Part shown: piece after piece, positions 56,027-64,000 of the stretch
Position numbering within the stretch: the stretch's first letter is position 1
How the letters are laid out: each line of letters starts with the position of its first letter
Notes under the pieces: model-generated
Databases searched by the model: none
The model's input: the letters and a program-made list of their open reading frames with translations, nothing else
Told to the model about the DNA's origin: nothing
IMG/VR virus record: IMGVR_UViG_3300021963_000021
Location: 299,944-363,943 of that record
Length of the DNA: 64,000 bases
Reading direction: 5' to 3' (one strand)
Position numbers and translations under genes: made by a program

Positions 56027-57232
56027 ATGGATCCAATCGTAGAGAAACTAACAACTGCCCGTATCGGCCTTCTTCTCAAGCACCCTTTCTTTGGCAACAT
56101 GGCTACTCGTATGCGTCTTATCGACGCCAGCGACTGGTGCCCTACAGCGGCAACTAACGGCCGTGACTTTATGTATAACAAGGACTTCGTTACCAAGCTC
56201 AGCGAAAAGAAGCTGGAGTTCCTGTTCGCACATGAGATCTGCCATGGTATCTTTGATCACTTTGGTCGTGTTGGTAGCCGCGATCGGCAACTGTCTAACA
56301 TCGCACAAGACTACGCTGTGAACCAGATCCTTGTGGACGAGCGTATCGGCGACAAGATCACTGAAGTTAAGATCTGCTATGATCCAAAGTATCGTGGCAT
56401 GGCTTGGGAAGAGATCTACGATATCCTTTGGGAGAAGGCAGAGAAGATTCCTATGGATCAGCTCTTGGCTCAGTTGGGTGACCTGCTTGACGAGCATATC
56501 AAAGAGCAAGAGGGTGCGGGTGCCGGCGATGACAAGACCAAAGACGGCAAAGACAAGCCTACTATGAGCAAAGAAGAAGCTCAGAAGATCCGTGATGAGC
56601 TCAAAGAAGCCATGATCCAATCCGCACAGGCCGCAGGTGCTGGTAAGGTGCCCGCAGGTATCCAGCGTATGATCAAGGACTTGACTGAGCCTAAGATGAA
56701 CTGGCGTGAAGTGCTACAGATGAATATCCAAAGCATTATCCGCAACGACTACTCCTTCCAACGCCCTAACCGCAAGAGCCAGCACAGTGGTGCTATTCTT
56801 CCAGGTATGAAGAACGATCAGACTGTGGATGTGGCTATTGGCATTGATATGTCAGGCAGTATCGGGCAAGAGGATGCTACCGTCTTCTTGAGTGAGGTCA
56901 AGGGCATCATGGAGCAATACGAAGACTATGCTATCGATATCTGGTGCTTTGACACAGAGATCTACAACCACAAGCGTTTCACACACGACGACGGTGACGC
57001 TCTGTTGAGCTATGAGCCTCAGGGTGGTGGTGGCACAGACTTCGAAGTCAATTGGGAGTTCATGAAGGACATTGACTTGGTACCTAAGAAGTTCATTATG
57101 TTTACTGACGGTTACCCATGCGGTGGCTGGGGTGACGAGGACTACTGCGATACCCTGTTCATTGTCAAAGGCTCTAACAACGAAGCACCGTTTGGACAGA
57201 CTGTGATCTATGATGAAAAGGTTACTGCGTAA
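56027..57232 (+). CDS. metallopeptidase + vWA domain protein (DUF2201-like)
   Basis: HEICH (HExxH); DMSGS MIDAS, GGGTDF, FTDG. Confidence 0.88.
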   Translation: MDPIVEKLTTARIGLLLKHPFFGNMATRMRLIDASDWCPTAATNGRDFMYNKDFVTKLSEKKLEFLFAHEICHGIFDHFGRVGSRDRQLSNIAQDYAVNQILVDERIGDKITEVKICYDPKYRGMAWEEIYDILWEKAEKIPMDQLLAQLGDLLDEHIKEQEGAGAGDDKTKDGKDKPTMSKEEAQKIRDELKEAMIQSAQAAGAGKVPAGIQRMIKDLTEPKMNWREVLQMNIQSIIRNDYSFQRPNRKSQHSGAILPGMKNDQTVDVAIGIDMSGSIGQEDATVFLSEVKGIMEQYEDYAIDIWCFDTEIYNHKRFTHDDGDALLSYEPQGGGGTDFEVNWEFMKDIDLVPKKFIMFTDGYPCGGWGDEDYCDTLFIVKGSNNEAPFGQTVIYDEKVTA

Positions 57233-57824
57233 GTTCTGGGGGCGGAGTGCCCCTAAGGTAGACCTAGACGCTTTCAGCTCGAGTCAAGTAGGCAGCAAAC
57301 TATGGCTGACCGAACGGCTCGAGTCTGTGCTTGCGGATCAGGTACAGGCTCCCGTGGCTGGCTACAAGATCTGGATCTACGGTGGTTGGTACGGCATCAC
57401 TAATCTGATCATGCGGGTACGCGGAGTTATCCCGGTCGAGTATGTGCGCTGCATTGACCGGGATCCCGCATGTGAACCTATCGCTGATAAGATCAACAAG
57501 TTCTGGGAATGGCAGGACTGGCAGTTCAAGAGCATAACAGGTGACGTCAACGAAGTCAACTACAGCCAAGACAACCCCCATATCGTAATCAACAGCAGCG
57601 TAGAACATATGGGGCCAGGGAAGTGGTTTGATATGATTCCAAAGGGAACTATCGTGGTCTTACAGGGCAGCGATTTACCCCACCCTGATCACGTGCGACG
57701 CATACATAGCGTCGATGAATTACGGAGTGCCTGCCCGATGTCCAGCGAGTTCTACTCTGGATCAATGACCTTTAACTACCCTGGGCTAGAGCTAAAAAGG
57801 TTCATGATCATAGGGATCAAGTAA
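57210..57824 (+). CDS. class I SAM-dependent methyltransferase-like protein
   Basis: IYGGWYG, IDRD, INSSVEHM. Confidence 0.6.
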   Translation: MMKRLLRKFWGRSAPKVDLDAFSSSQVGSKLWLTERLESVLADQVQAPVAGYKIWIYGGWYGITNLIMRVRGVIPVEYVRCIDRDPACEPIADKINKFWEWQDWQFKSITGDVNEVNYSQDNPHIVINSSVEHMGPGKWFDMIPKGTIVVLQGSDLPHPDHVRRIHSVDELRSACPMSSEFYSGSMTFNYPGLELKRFMIIGIK

Positions 57825-57917
57825 ACGGCCCCGCTGCATATGTGTGCGTACAACCCGGTTGACAACAACATAAACTGAGCATATAATACATACATCATAA
57901 CAGCATAGGAGCGACAC

Positions 57918-58286
57918 ATGCGATACTACGATACACTGCTTGAGACCAAGCGCGGGCCCTACACTGTGATCGTGGACAAGACCTGGGAAGATCTACACCC
58001 TAGGGACTGCTTCGATGACACTGTCACAGACATCAACGAGATCTGTAAAGACATCGATCGTGGTCATCTTGAATGGTTTATGCTGCGCACTCGAGTGTTC
58101 TACGAAGGGGTAGAACTCAGCTGTGAATACCTCGGCGGCATGCTCTACGAAGATCCTTCGGAGTGCCTCACAGACGGATCAGCAGAAGATCAGATCTGGA
58201 TGGCCCTGGATTCAGCTAAGAAAACTGCGCTAGAATACAAACAAAAGTTCGCGGACCTTGATGTAAATATTGAGGAGACCGCATAA
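57918..58286 (+). CDS. hypothetical early protein
   Basis: Promoter + GGAGCGA RBS. Confidence 0.7.
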   Translation: MRYYDTLLETKRGPYTVIVDKTWEDLHPRDCFDDTVTDINEICKDIDRGHLEWFMLRTRVFYEGVELSCEYLGGMLYEDPSECLTDGSAEDQIWMALDSAKKTALEYKQKFADLDVNIEETA

Positions 58287-58660
58287 TGGAAACACTAACA
58301 ATCATGGCCCTAGTGGCTATAGCATTCTATCTAGGCTGGAGAGCCAATGAATTCATGACTAAGATCATGATTAGATCTTTGATGGACGACATGGGCATCA
58401 CTCCAGATCAACGGCAGCAACTGATCGAACGCTGCGCTGAAGAGATCAAAGAGATGAACAGCGAGGAAGACGATCTAGCAGAGATCAGCATCAAACTCGA
58501 GCAGCATCAGGGCGTGATCTTCGCCTACAGCGAGGATGACGGCATGTTCATGGGTCAAGGCAAGGACCGCGAAGAACTGTTCAAGAATCTAGGAGATCGC
58601 TTCAAGAATCTACGCTGCGTGGTCAAGGCCGAGAATGGGGCGGAGCTAATCCGTGGTTGA
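58286..58660 (+). CDS. hypothetical protein with N-terminal TM
   Basis: TAATG-coupled. Confidence 0.65.
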   Translation: METLTIMALVAIAFYLGWRANEFMTKIMIRSLMDDMGITPDQRQQLIERCAEEIKEMNSEEDDLAEISIKLEQHQGVIFAYSEDDGMFMGQGKDREELFKNLGDRFKNLRCVVKAENGAELIRG

Positions 58661-58691
58661 CAGATTGGAAAAATGGTTGTACAATACGATC

Positions 58692-58907
58692 ATGAATACA
58701 GACTTTTACCTAAAATGGACAGCTTGCGCAGCTACACTCGTAGGGGCGTTGTTTACTTCGCTGCGATGGGATCCGTTCAACATTTGGTTCCTCAACGTGG
58801 GTGCGCTGCTGTACTTGATCTGGTCGCTGAGGATCCGCGAATGGAATCTCGTGGCTATCAACGGAGGACTGTTAACCATATACTTCGTAGGGTTATTCCT
58901 TCGATAG
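58692..58907 (+). CDS. small membrane protein (PnuC-like fragment)
   Basis: KWTACAATLVGAL...WNLVAIN; ends TAG. Confidence 0.55.
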   Translation: MNTDFYLKWTACAATLVGALFTSLRWDPFNIWFLNVGALLYLIWSLRIREWNLVAINGGLLTIYFVGLFLR

Positions 58908-59239
58908 GTTGACAGATTGAGCAACTGGACGTATACTACACACACTAAACACACAGAAGGAGAGCGCAATGGGTTATGTAATCGCATTTGTTTTCGGTAT
59001 CATCGTGGCAACTGTGGGATTCACAGGCATCGCTAAGATCGGCGATCAGGCCGTGGACAAAGTTCAAACCATCACCAAGGAAGCCGCAAAATGAGCTATC
59101 CTGGTCAACTCTTCGAAGATCCCTTCTACGATGATGATGGTGTTCTCGTTGACGAGGACGCTGAGTTATCGCCCGAGGAACAGCTGGCCATCATTGAAGA
59201 TGTGCTTGCGGACTTTGATCCTTTCAGCACAGTCAACTC

Positions 59240-59473
59240 ATGATCGCAGAGTGGGTCTTGATCCTAGAACTCATGAGTCCCGGTGGGGATTTCATGGGCA
59301 AGATCGCACTGCCCTTCCACGATCAGAAGTCATGTAAGTTCGTACTAGATCAGGTTAAAAAACCTGTGGATACAGAGTATCCATTAGCGCCAAAAGCACG
59401 TGGAATCGTCTGCGTAACTAGGGATCATTGGACGGGCAAGAAGCTGATGCCCGGAGTTCCCTTAGACTACTAA
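59240..59473 (+). CDS. hypothetical protein
   Basis: 77 aa. Confidence 0.55.
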   Translation: MIAEWVLILELMSPGGDFMGKIALPFHDQKSCKFVLDQVKKPVDTEYPLAPKARGIVCVTRDHWTGKKLMPGVPLDY

Positions 59474-59560
59474 GTCACTGAATTCATTGACGAATCTTTC
59501 CGGTTGACAGGGTGGGCAACTGCTGCTATTATAGGCACAGTTAGCAAGAGGAGCACAGCA

Positions 59561-59698
59561 ATGCGCAAGTTCAAGTTCATTATGGATAACCAGGAAGTCT
59601 TCCACGTGGTCGCTCGTGACTTCCGGGCTGCATGCCTAGCTTGGGAACAGTTCGGCAAAGACCCTAGAGACATCTGGGCTATTGAACAAACTGGTTGA
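59561..59698 (+). CDS. small hypothetical protein
   Basis: RBS GAGGAG. Confidence 0.55.
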   Translation: MRKFKFIMDNQEVFHVVARDFRAACLAWEQFGKDPRDIWAIEQTG

Positions 59699-59746
59699 CA
59701 GTTTGGCTAACTGGTGCTATAATATACACATACTAAGGAGAGCGAC

Positions 59747-59965
59747 ATGGGTTATTTTAAAGATCTAGAAATCGAAGTAATGACCATGGCCCACGAGATG
59801 GGTGATGACTTTGGCGATGACGCTATGACTGTGATCACCATCGCTAGAATCCTTGAAATGTCACCAACGGATGTCCAGGATATCCTCGCCGCAGACTTCG
59901 ATGAAGATCCACGTGAGTTTGCCGAGAGAGCCGCAGACTTGGACGCGGAGTATTACGGTGCCTAA
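59747..59965 (+). CDS. acidic hypothetical protein
   Basis: Promoter + RBS. Confidence 0.65.
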   Translation: MGYFKDLEIEVMTMAHEMGDDFGDDAMTVITIARILEMSPTDVQDILAADFDEDPREFAERAADLDAEYYGA

Positions 59966-60188
59966 GTTCAAATACATCCTAGTCAGGGCCGCTGTGATCG
60001 ACGAATACTACGAGGTCGAAGCGGATTCCGAAGAAGAAGCCCTGAGCATGGCCTACGATGGCAACTTGGGAGATCCTGTAAAGACCGAATTCATCGATTG
60101 GCGTGATGATGAGTATCAGATCGCTGACACAGAGGAGATCGAGCCCTTGTATCAAATGGTTAAAGACTATGACACCACAAGAACTTGA
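59958..60188 (+). CDS. acidic hypothetical protein
   Basis: GTG start; YEVEADSEEEA. Confidence 0.55.
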   Translation: MPKFKYILVRAAVIDEYYEVEADSEEEALSMAYDGNLGDPVKTEFIDWRDDEYQIADTEEIEPLYQMVKDYDTTRT

Positions 60189-60357
60189 ATACATCCGTAA
60201 GGCCAACTTGGTCCTAGCTGACCCCGAGACTACACCCATGGCTGCTGCCAAGATCTGTAGAGTGATCAGTCAGATCTACAAGAAGCAGGCAGAGAACCTG
60301 GAGTTTGCTTTGGTTGACAAGGTGGAGAATCGGTTGTATAATACGATTACTGATTAA
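60169..60357 (+). CDS. hypothetical protein
   Basis: MTPQELEY start. Confidence 0.55.
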   Translation: MTPQELEYIRKANLVLADPETTPMAAAKICRVISQIYKKQAENLEFALVDKVENRLYNTITD

Positions 60358-60372
60358 CAAAAGGAGCGACTT

Positions 60373-60993
60373 ATGCCAAATTGGTGCAACAACAACTTGA
60401 CCCTACATCACGAAGATCCAGCAATGATCCAGCGAGCCTATGATGCTCTGGAACGCGGAGAGTTCTTACAGGAATTCATTCCAGTGCCAGAATCACTCAA
60501 GATCGTCGCGGGGTCCGTTGGTGATCCTGATGAACAACGCAAGTTAGAGGAAGCAACTGCTCGCAATGTAGAAGTCTACGGTTATGGCAACTGGTATGAC
60601 TACTGCGTGGGCGAATGGGGCACCAAGTGGGATGTAGGCGAGCAGGGTGCCAGCGATATCCATCCAGATGGCCGGCTCTTACACACCTCGTTCGACTCAG
60701 CATGGTCGCCACCGATCGAAGCCTATGTGAAGTTGAAAGAGATGGGCTTTACCGTGGGTGCGTTCTACTACGAACCCGGCATGTGCTACGCAGGCCACTG
60801 GGACGATGGCGATGATTGCTACTTCGATCTCTCTGAGATGAAGAGCCATGAGGTAGCACAGACATTGCCCAGTGATCTAGATGAGGCTTTTGCCATCTCA
60901 GAATCTATGGCTGAGTATGAGGCTGAGAACGAAGAAGAGCTCACACAGTGGATCCGTGAGGGAGTGGAGGCCAAGAATGGCACGGACTCTTAA
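60373..60993 (+). CDS. DUF1281/YubB ferredoxin-like protein
   Basis: MPNWCNN, WYDYC..WGTKWD, FDSAWSPP, YYEPGM. Confidence 0.82.
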   Translation: MPNWCNNNLTLHHEDPAMIQRAYDALERGEFLQEFIPVPESLKIVAGSVGDPDEQRKLEEATARNVEVYGYGNWYDYCVGEWGTKWDVGEQGASDIHPDGRLLHTSFDSAWSPPIEAYVKLKEMGFTVGAFYYEPGMCYAGHWDDGDDCYFDLSEMKSHEVAQTLPSDLDEAFAISESMAEYEAENEEELTQWIREGVEAKNGTDS

Positions 60994-61180
60994 GTATCTA
61001 CTGACCATAAAGACTGGAACAGACGGCCCGGGTGATCTCGCCCAGGTCGAGAACTTGATAGCCTTGGCTTTCAAGGATCTGCTCTACGATGACGAATTCG
61101 TGGAAGCTCTTGGGGAGACCCAGAGCATCTCGAGTCAGGTAACACCCATTTTGGACAATCAACCGCCACAAAGTGGTTGA
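60977..61180 (+). CDS. hypothetical protein
   Basis: RBS GGAGG. Confidence 0.55.
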   Translation: MARTLKYLLTIKTGTDGPGDLAQVENLIALAFKDLLYDDEFVEALGETQSISSQVTPILDNQPPQSG

Positions 61181-61265
61181 CAATTGGCTAGGATGATGTT
61201 ATAGTTAATATACTACCAATAGTGGTAGATGTACACAACACACACACTTTGAAAGGCAACTTAAA

Positions 61266-61568
61266 ATGGCAACTGAAAAAATGTTCTCCGTCGCTGGTGT
61301 TTCCACCCAAGCTGGGAAGACCAAGATCCGTTTCGCAAACGACACCATGCGCATCAAGATCCTGGCCAAGAATGGCCACACTGACATCGACCTCGTGGAG
61401 CTGCCCACAGCTATGACCAAGGGTGAGATCGCAGAGCATCTTAAGACCGTCGAATTCGGCAAGGGCAATCCAGCTGTAGAAGCTGCCATCGCTTACATTG
61501 CCAAGAAGAATCCCGTGGCAGTAGCCACGGTGAAGGCCACTGCTAAGACAGCGGCCGTTGCTGCCTAA
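61266..61568 (+). CDS. conserved phage hypothetical protein
   Basis: FSVAGVS...KIRFAND..RIKILAKNGH. Confidence 0.75.
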   Translation: MATEKMFSVAGVSTQAGKTKIRFANDTMRIKILAKNGHTDIDLVELPTAMTKGEIAEHLKTVEFGKGNPAVEAAIAYIAKKNPVAVATVKATAKTAAVAA

Positions 61569-61569
61569 A

Positions 61570-61636
61570 TATCCGACTCGCTCCCGGATAGCAGCAATCC
61601 TTTGCCCTGTTGTGTAAAAGCAACAGGGCTTTTTTT
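61570..61636 (+). other. 3' hairpin with anti-RBS loop (TCGCTCC) followed by terminator
   Basis: TATCCG-ACTCGCTCC-CGGATA, then GCCCTGTTG...CAACAGGGC-TTTTTTT. Confidence 0.6.
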
Positions 61637-61695
61637 TGGTTGACAACTGACTGTTTTGGCCGTACAATAGAGTCATAGTTAGATAAGGAGCGAAA

Positions 61696-61956
61696 ATGAT
61701 CATAGAACAAACAGAACAACAGCGTGTAGTCCAAGCCCTCAAGGGATGGCAATTTGTCAGAGGTACACACGGCTGCTTGTATGATCGTGGTTCAGCAGAC
61801 AGCTACTACGGCCGACCACGTAATCCGCACTATGGCGGTGTGGGTGGTGACAGTGGTCCGCGTGTTGACCAAGGCTTGAGCATAGACGAAATTAAAGAAT
61901 ACTACGCCGGCTATGAATACAACGAACGCTTCGGTGACAAGAAGGACTATCGGTAA
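61696..61956 (+). CDS. hypothetical early protein
   Basis: YDRGSADSYYGR motif. Confidence 0.7.
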   Translation: MIIEQTEQQRVVQALKGWQFVRGTHGCLYDRGSADSYYGRPRNPHYGGVGGDSGPRVDQGLSIDEIKEYYAGYEYNERFGDKKDYR

Positions 61957-62183
61957 TGGGCTGGGTAGTCTACGATGATCAGTACCGCTTGGTCAAGTAC
62001 CACAAACGGGCTTCCACGGCCCGGGCTGCTGTGACTCGATACCGGAACGAACTGGAGAAAGGATATCGAAGCTATCCTAGGATCCTGGGCTGCTGCTCAT
62101 ATCAAGACTTCGAAGGGATCCTGATGGGCTTACGCGGTGATCAGTTCAAGATGTGGCAGTTTTGTAACAGTCAAATTGGTTGA
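61956..62183 (+). CDS. hypothetical protein
   Basis: TAATG-coupled. Confidence 0.6.
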   Translation: MGWVVYDDQYRLVKYHKRASTARAAVTRYRNELEKGYRSYPRILGCCSYQDFEGILMGLRGDQFKMWQFCNSQIG

Positions 62184-62652
62184 CATTTTGGACAAAGCAC
62201 AGTATAATACACACATGAACAAAGCAAAACTTTACCTACTACTGGCCCTGATCTGCACACTACAAGTCCTGGCCATCTTCACACTAACCTAAGGAGCTGA
62301 CAATGACACTAGCAGAAGCCTGCGAAATCATCCGAATCAAAGCCTATGGCGCTGATCAACCCTTCCTGGAGCAGCTGATGGCCATCAAGGCCCGTCCAGA
62401 GGAATACAATCTTGAAACTCTCAAAGCCTACTACGTGGTCATGGATGCTGGCCAGAAGATGTTTGCGCCGGCATGATGCCCTACACTGTTGTTTACCCAA
62501 ATGGCCGTCAACAGCAGTTCTACATCAGATCAGTGGCTGACATGTACGCAGCAGTCAATGGGGGACGTGTTGTAGGGCCGCCACAGTTGAAATTGGTTGA
62601 CAAACGGGCTGCTTGATCATATAATACACACACTGAAACAAAGGAGCGAACC

Positions 62653-62862
62653 ATGAAGAACCCAATACAGAAAAACGGCTTTTTTGCCACTCCAGACTCA
62701 ATGCAGGCCCTGGAAGATCAGATCATGGCATTCACTGGTCAGGAACGTATGGTAGCAATGACCGCAGCACTGATGGCTCTGAATCTAGCCAGCAAAATGG
62801 TTGACGAAGCTATCCAAAACCAGTATAATACAAACACTGAAACACGCACACAAGGAGCCTAA
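62653..62862 (+). CDS. hypothetical early protein
   Basis: Promoter + AGGAGCGA RBS. Confidence 0.65.
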   Translation: MKNPIQKNGFFATPDSMQALEDQIMAFTGQERMVAMTAALMALNLASKMVDEAIQNQYNTNTETRTQGA

Positions 62863-62863
62863 C

Positions 62864-63049
62864 ATGTCAGAACGTTCAGCAATGTTTCTCTTGGTCACGG
62901 GCATACTGGTAACAGCATTCGGCGTAGGCGGCATTGAGTCTAGCTTGGATGATCAAGGACTGTTAGCTGGGGTAGCTGTCAGTGCCGTGGGCCTATTGAT
63001 CATGTGGTCGGGCACACTGGGTCTGCGCAACGCAGATCTTTATCGTTAA
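62864..63049 (+). CDS. small membrane protein
   Basis: Two TM helices. Confidence 0.6.
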   Translation: MSERSAMFLLVTGILVTAFGVGGIESSLDDQGLLAGVAVSAVGLLIMWSGTLGLRNADLYR

Positions 63050-63058
63050 GGAGCTGCT

Positions 63059-63346
63059 ATGAGACAACTGATCACAGCGATCATCCTCGCAACAGTAGCG
63101 GTAACAGCACAGGCGGCAGAACTTACCCCTACTCAGCAGCGTTGGTTGTATGTATATAACGAACAGATAGCCAAAGTTAAGTTTGCTATTCAAGTACAGA
63201 ACAATGATGCGATCTGTATGGGGATGAATGTAGCTAAAGAGGCGGCGCTGAACATAGGAGATAAATCCTTCTATGAGAGTCACATTAAGCTAATGAAGAA
63301 TCTACGTGATCGCGGGGCCCTATGCTACGGGTGGAGTTCGTTGTAA
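63059..63346 (+). CDS. exported hypothetical protein
   Basis: Signal peptide AQA. Confidence 0.6.
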   Translation: MRQLITAIILATVAVTAQAAELTPTQQRWLYVYNEQIAKVKFAIQVQNNDAICMGMNVAKEAALNIGDKSFYESHIKLMKNLRDRGALCYGWSSL

Positions 63347-63424
63347 AAATACAACAACAAATTGGTTGACAGGGTGCCTGTTTGAGCTTATAATATACGC
63401 ATACTAAGAAATTAGGAGCGAACT

Positions 63425-63739
63425 ATGAAGCTGGAGAACCGCAGGCACATCGTGTATGCTATCAACATAGCAGGTGCTCAGTACATAGGCTGTACCAATG
63501 TAGAGCCCCGTCTGGGAGTAGCTGGTAGCCTAGCACGACGCATAGCCAAGCACTGGTATAGACTCAAGGATGAGCGCAGAAGCAAGTGGGCACTGTATCA
63601 GGCATTGGCCACACTGCCCTGTAAGGAAGCAGTACCAGCAGAAGTCATAGTGGTAGCCGCTAGCAAAGCAGAGGGCCATGCTGAAGAGCAAAGGCTAATT
63701 AAGTTATTGGATCCCAAATTGAATTCAGACAAGGACTGA
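63425..63739 (+). CDS. GIY-YIG-like nuclease
   Basis: IVYAINIAGAQYIGCT...H...E...LN. Confidence 0.65.
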   Translation: MKLENRRHIVYAINIAGAQYIGCTNVEPRLGVAGSLARRIAKHWYRLKDERRSKWALYQALATLPCKEAVPAEVIVVAASKAEGHAEEQRLIKLLDPKLNSDKD

Positions 63740-63740
63740 T

Positions 63741-64000
63741 ATGAATGACAAAGACTACACCGAGTACGACAATCAAGAAGAAGCAGAGATAGCACAGATA
63801 GCTAACTTGAATGCCAACACTGCTGCTATCAACGCAGCACGTAGACAGCTAGCCAAGCAGGCCGAGCAGCCCAGCGCAGAAGAGTGCGAGGACTGCGGCG
63901 AGGACATCCCCAAGGCACGTCGAGAGATGATCTTAGGCGTACAACGCTGCGTCTCATGCCAGGACATATGGGAACGACGCCGAAGGATGTACGGCACTGG
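63741..64000 (+). CDS. TraR/DksA C4 zinc-finger protein (runs off window end; not in ORF track)
   Basis: MNDKDYTEYDNQEEAEIAQ...CEDCGEDIPKARREMILGVQRCVSCQ. Confidence 0.88.
   Translation, partial: MNDKDYTEYDNQEEAEIAQIANLNANTAAINAARRQLAKQAEQPSAEECEDCGEDIPKARREMILGVQRCVSCQDIWERRRRMYGT

Larger units (their letters stand above)
51076..63400 (+). promoter_or_regulatory. array of near-consensus sigma70 early promoters
   Basis: TTGACA-N16/17-TAnnnT at about 51076, 51496, 51989, 54060, 54748, 55974, 57859, 58658, 58910, 59506, 59695, 60315, 61177, 61640, 62180, 62597, 63366. Confidence 0.85.

Noticed and set aside
2308-63997. Many opposite-strand or out-of-frame ORFs in the track (e.g. 2308-2490, 9939-10229, 21052-21603, 23595-24044, 35793-36392, 51518-52021, 55440-55964, 56048-56620, 61188-61742, 63773-63997)
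   Set aside because: They are shadows of well-supported genes, with no RBS or recognisable motifs.
1-64000. Genome-wide TAG-to-Gln recoding (code 15)
   Set aside because: Long conserved genes are intact in code 11, and several genes end plausibly at TAG (882, 11690 with TAG-TGA, 51985, 58907). Only one in-frame TAG candidate was found.

Overview
A 64 kb segment of a large T4-like (myovirus-type) dsDNA bacteriophage genome; family calls come from motif recognition, not database searches. The left ~28 kb is mostly minus-strand genes, several behind T4-type late-promoter boxes (TATAAATA): PAAR, nrdAB and glutaredoxin with an Fe/Mn SOD and class II aldolase inserted between nrdA and nrdB, an exonuclease, probable virion/head-internal proteins and tail fibres. 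The middle (28-47 kb) carries hemA (ALA synthase), clpP, an HNH/REase/MTase/DGQHR/HNH island, DNA ligase, an SPFH protein, an AAA ATPase and a TerC/YjbE gene under a yybP-ykoY (Mn2+) riboswitch. The right ~15 kb is a GC-richer early region of short sigma70-promoter + AGGAGCGA-RBS cassettes with tilS, two tRNAs, AAA/vWA proteins and a TraR/DksA protein. Main observation: an amber-suppressor tRNA (CUA, 39586-39660) in a genome that still uses TAG as a rare stop. One gene (44350-44928) has a strong RBS and an in-frame TAG at codon 4, and the tRNA overlaps the TAG stop of its own upstream ORF, suggesting an amber-gated, self-limiting expression circuit. Also notable: the phage riboswitch, 3'-UTR hairpins complementary to the phage's own early RBS motif, an unlisted metallothionein-like mini-protein and an origin-like phased repeat array.
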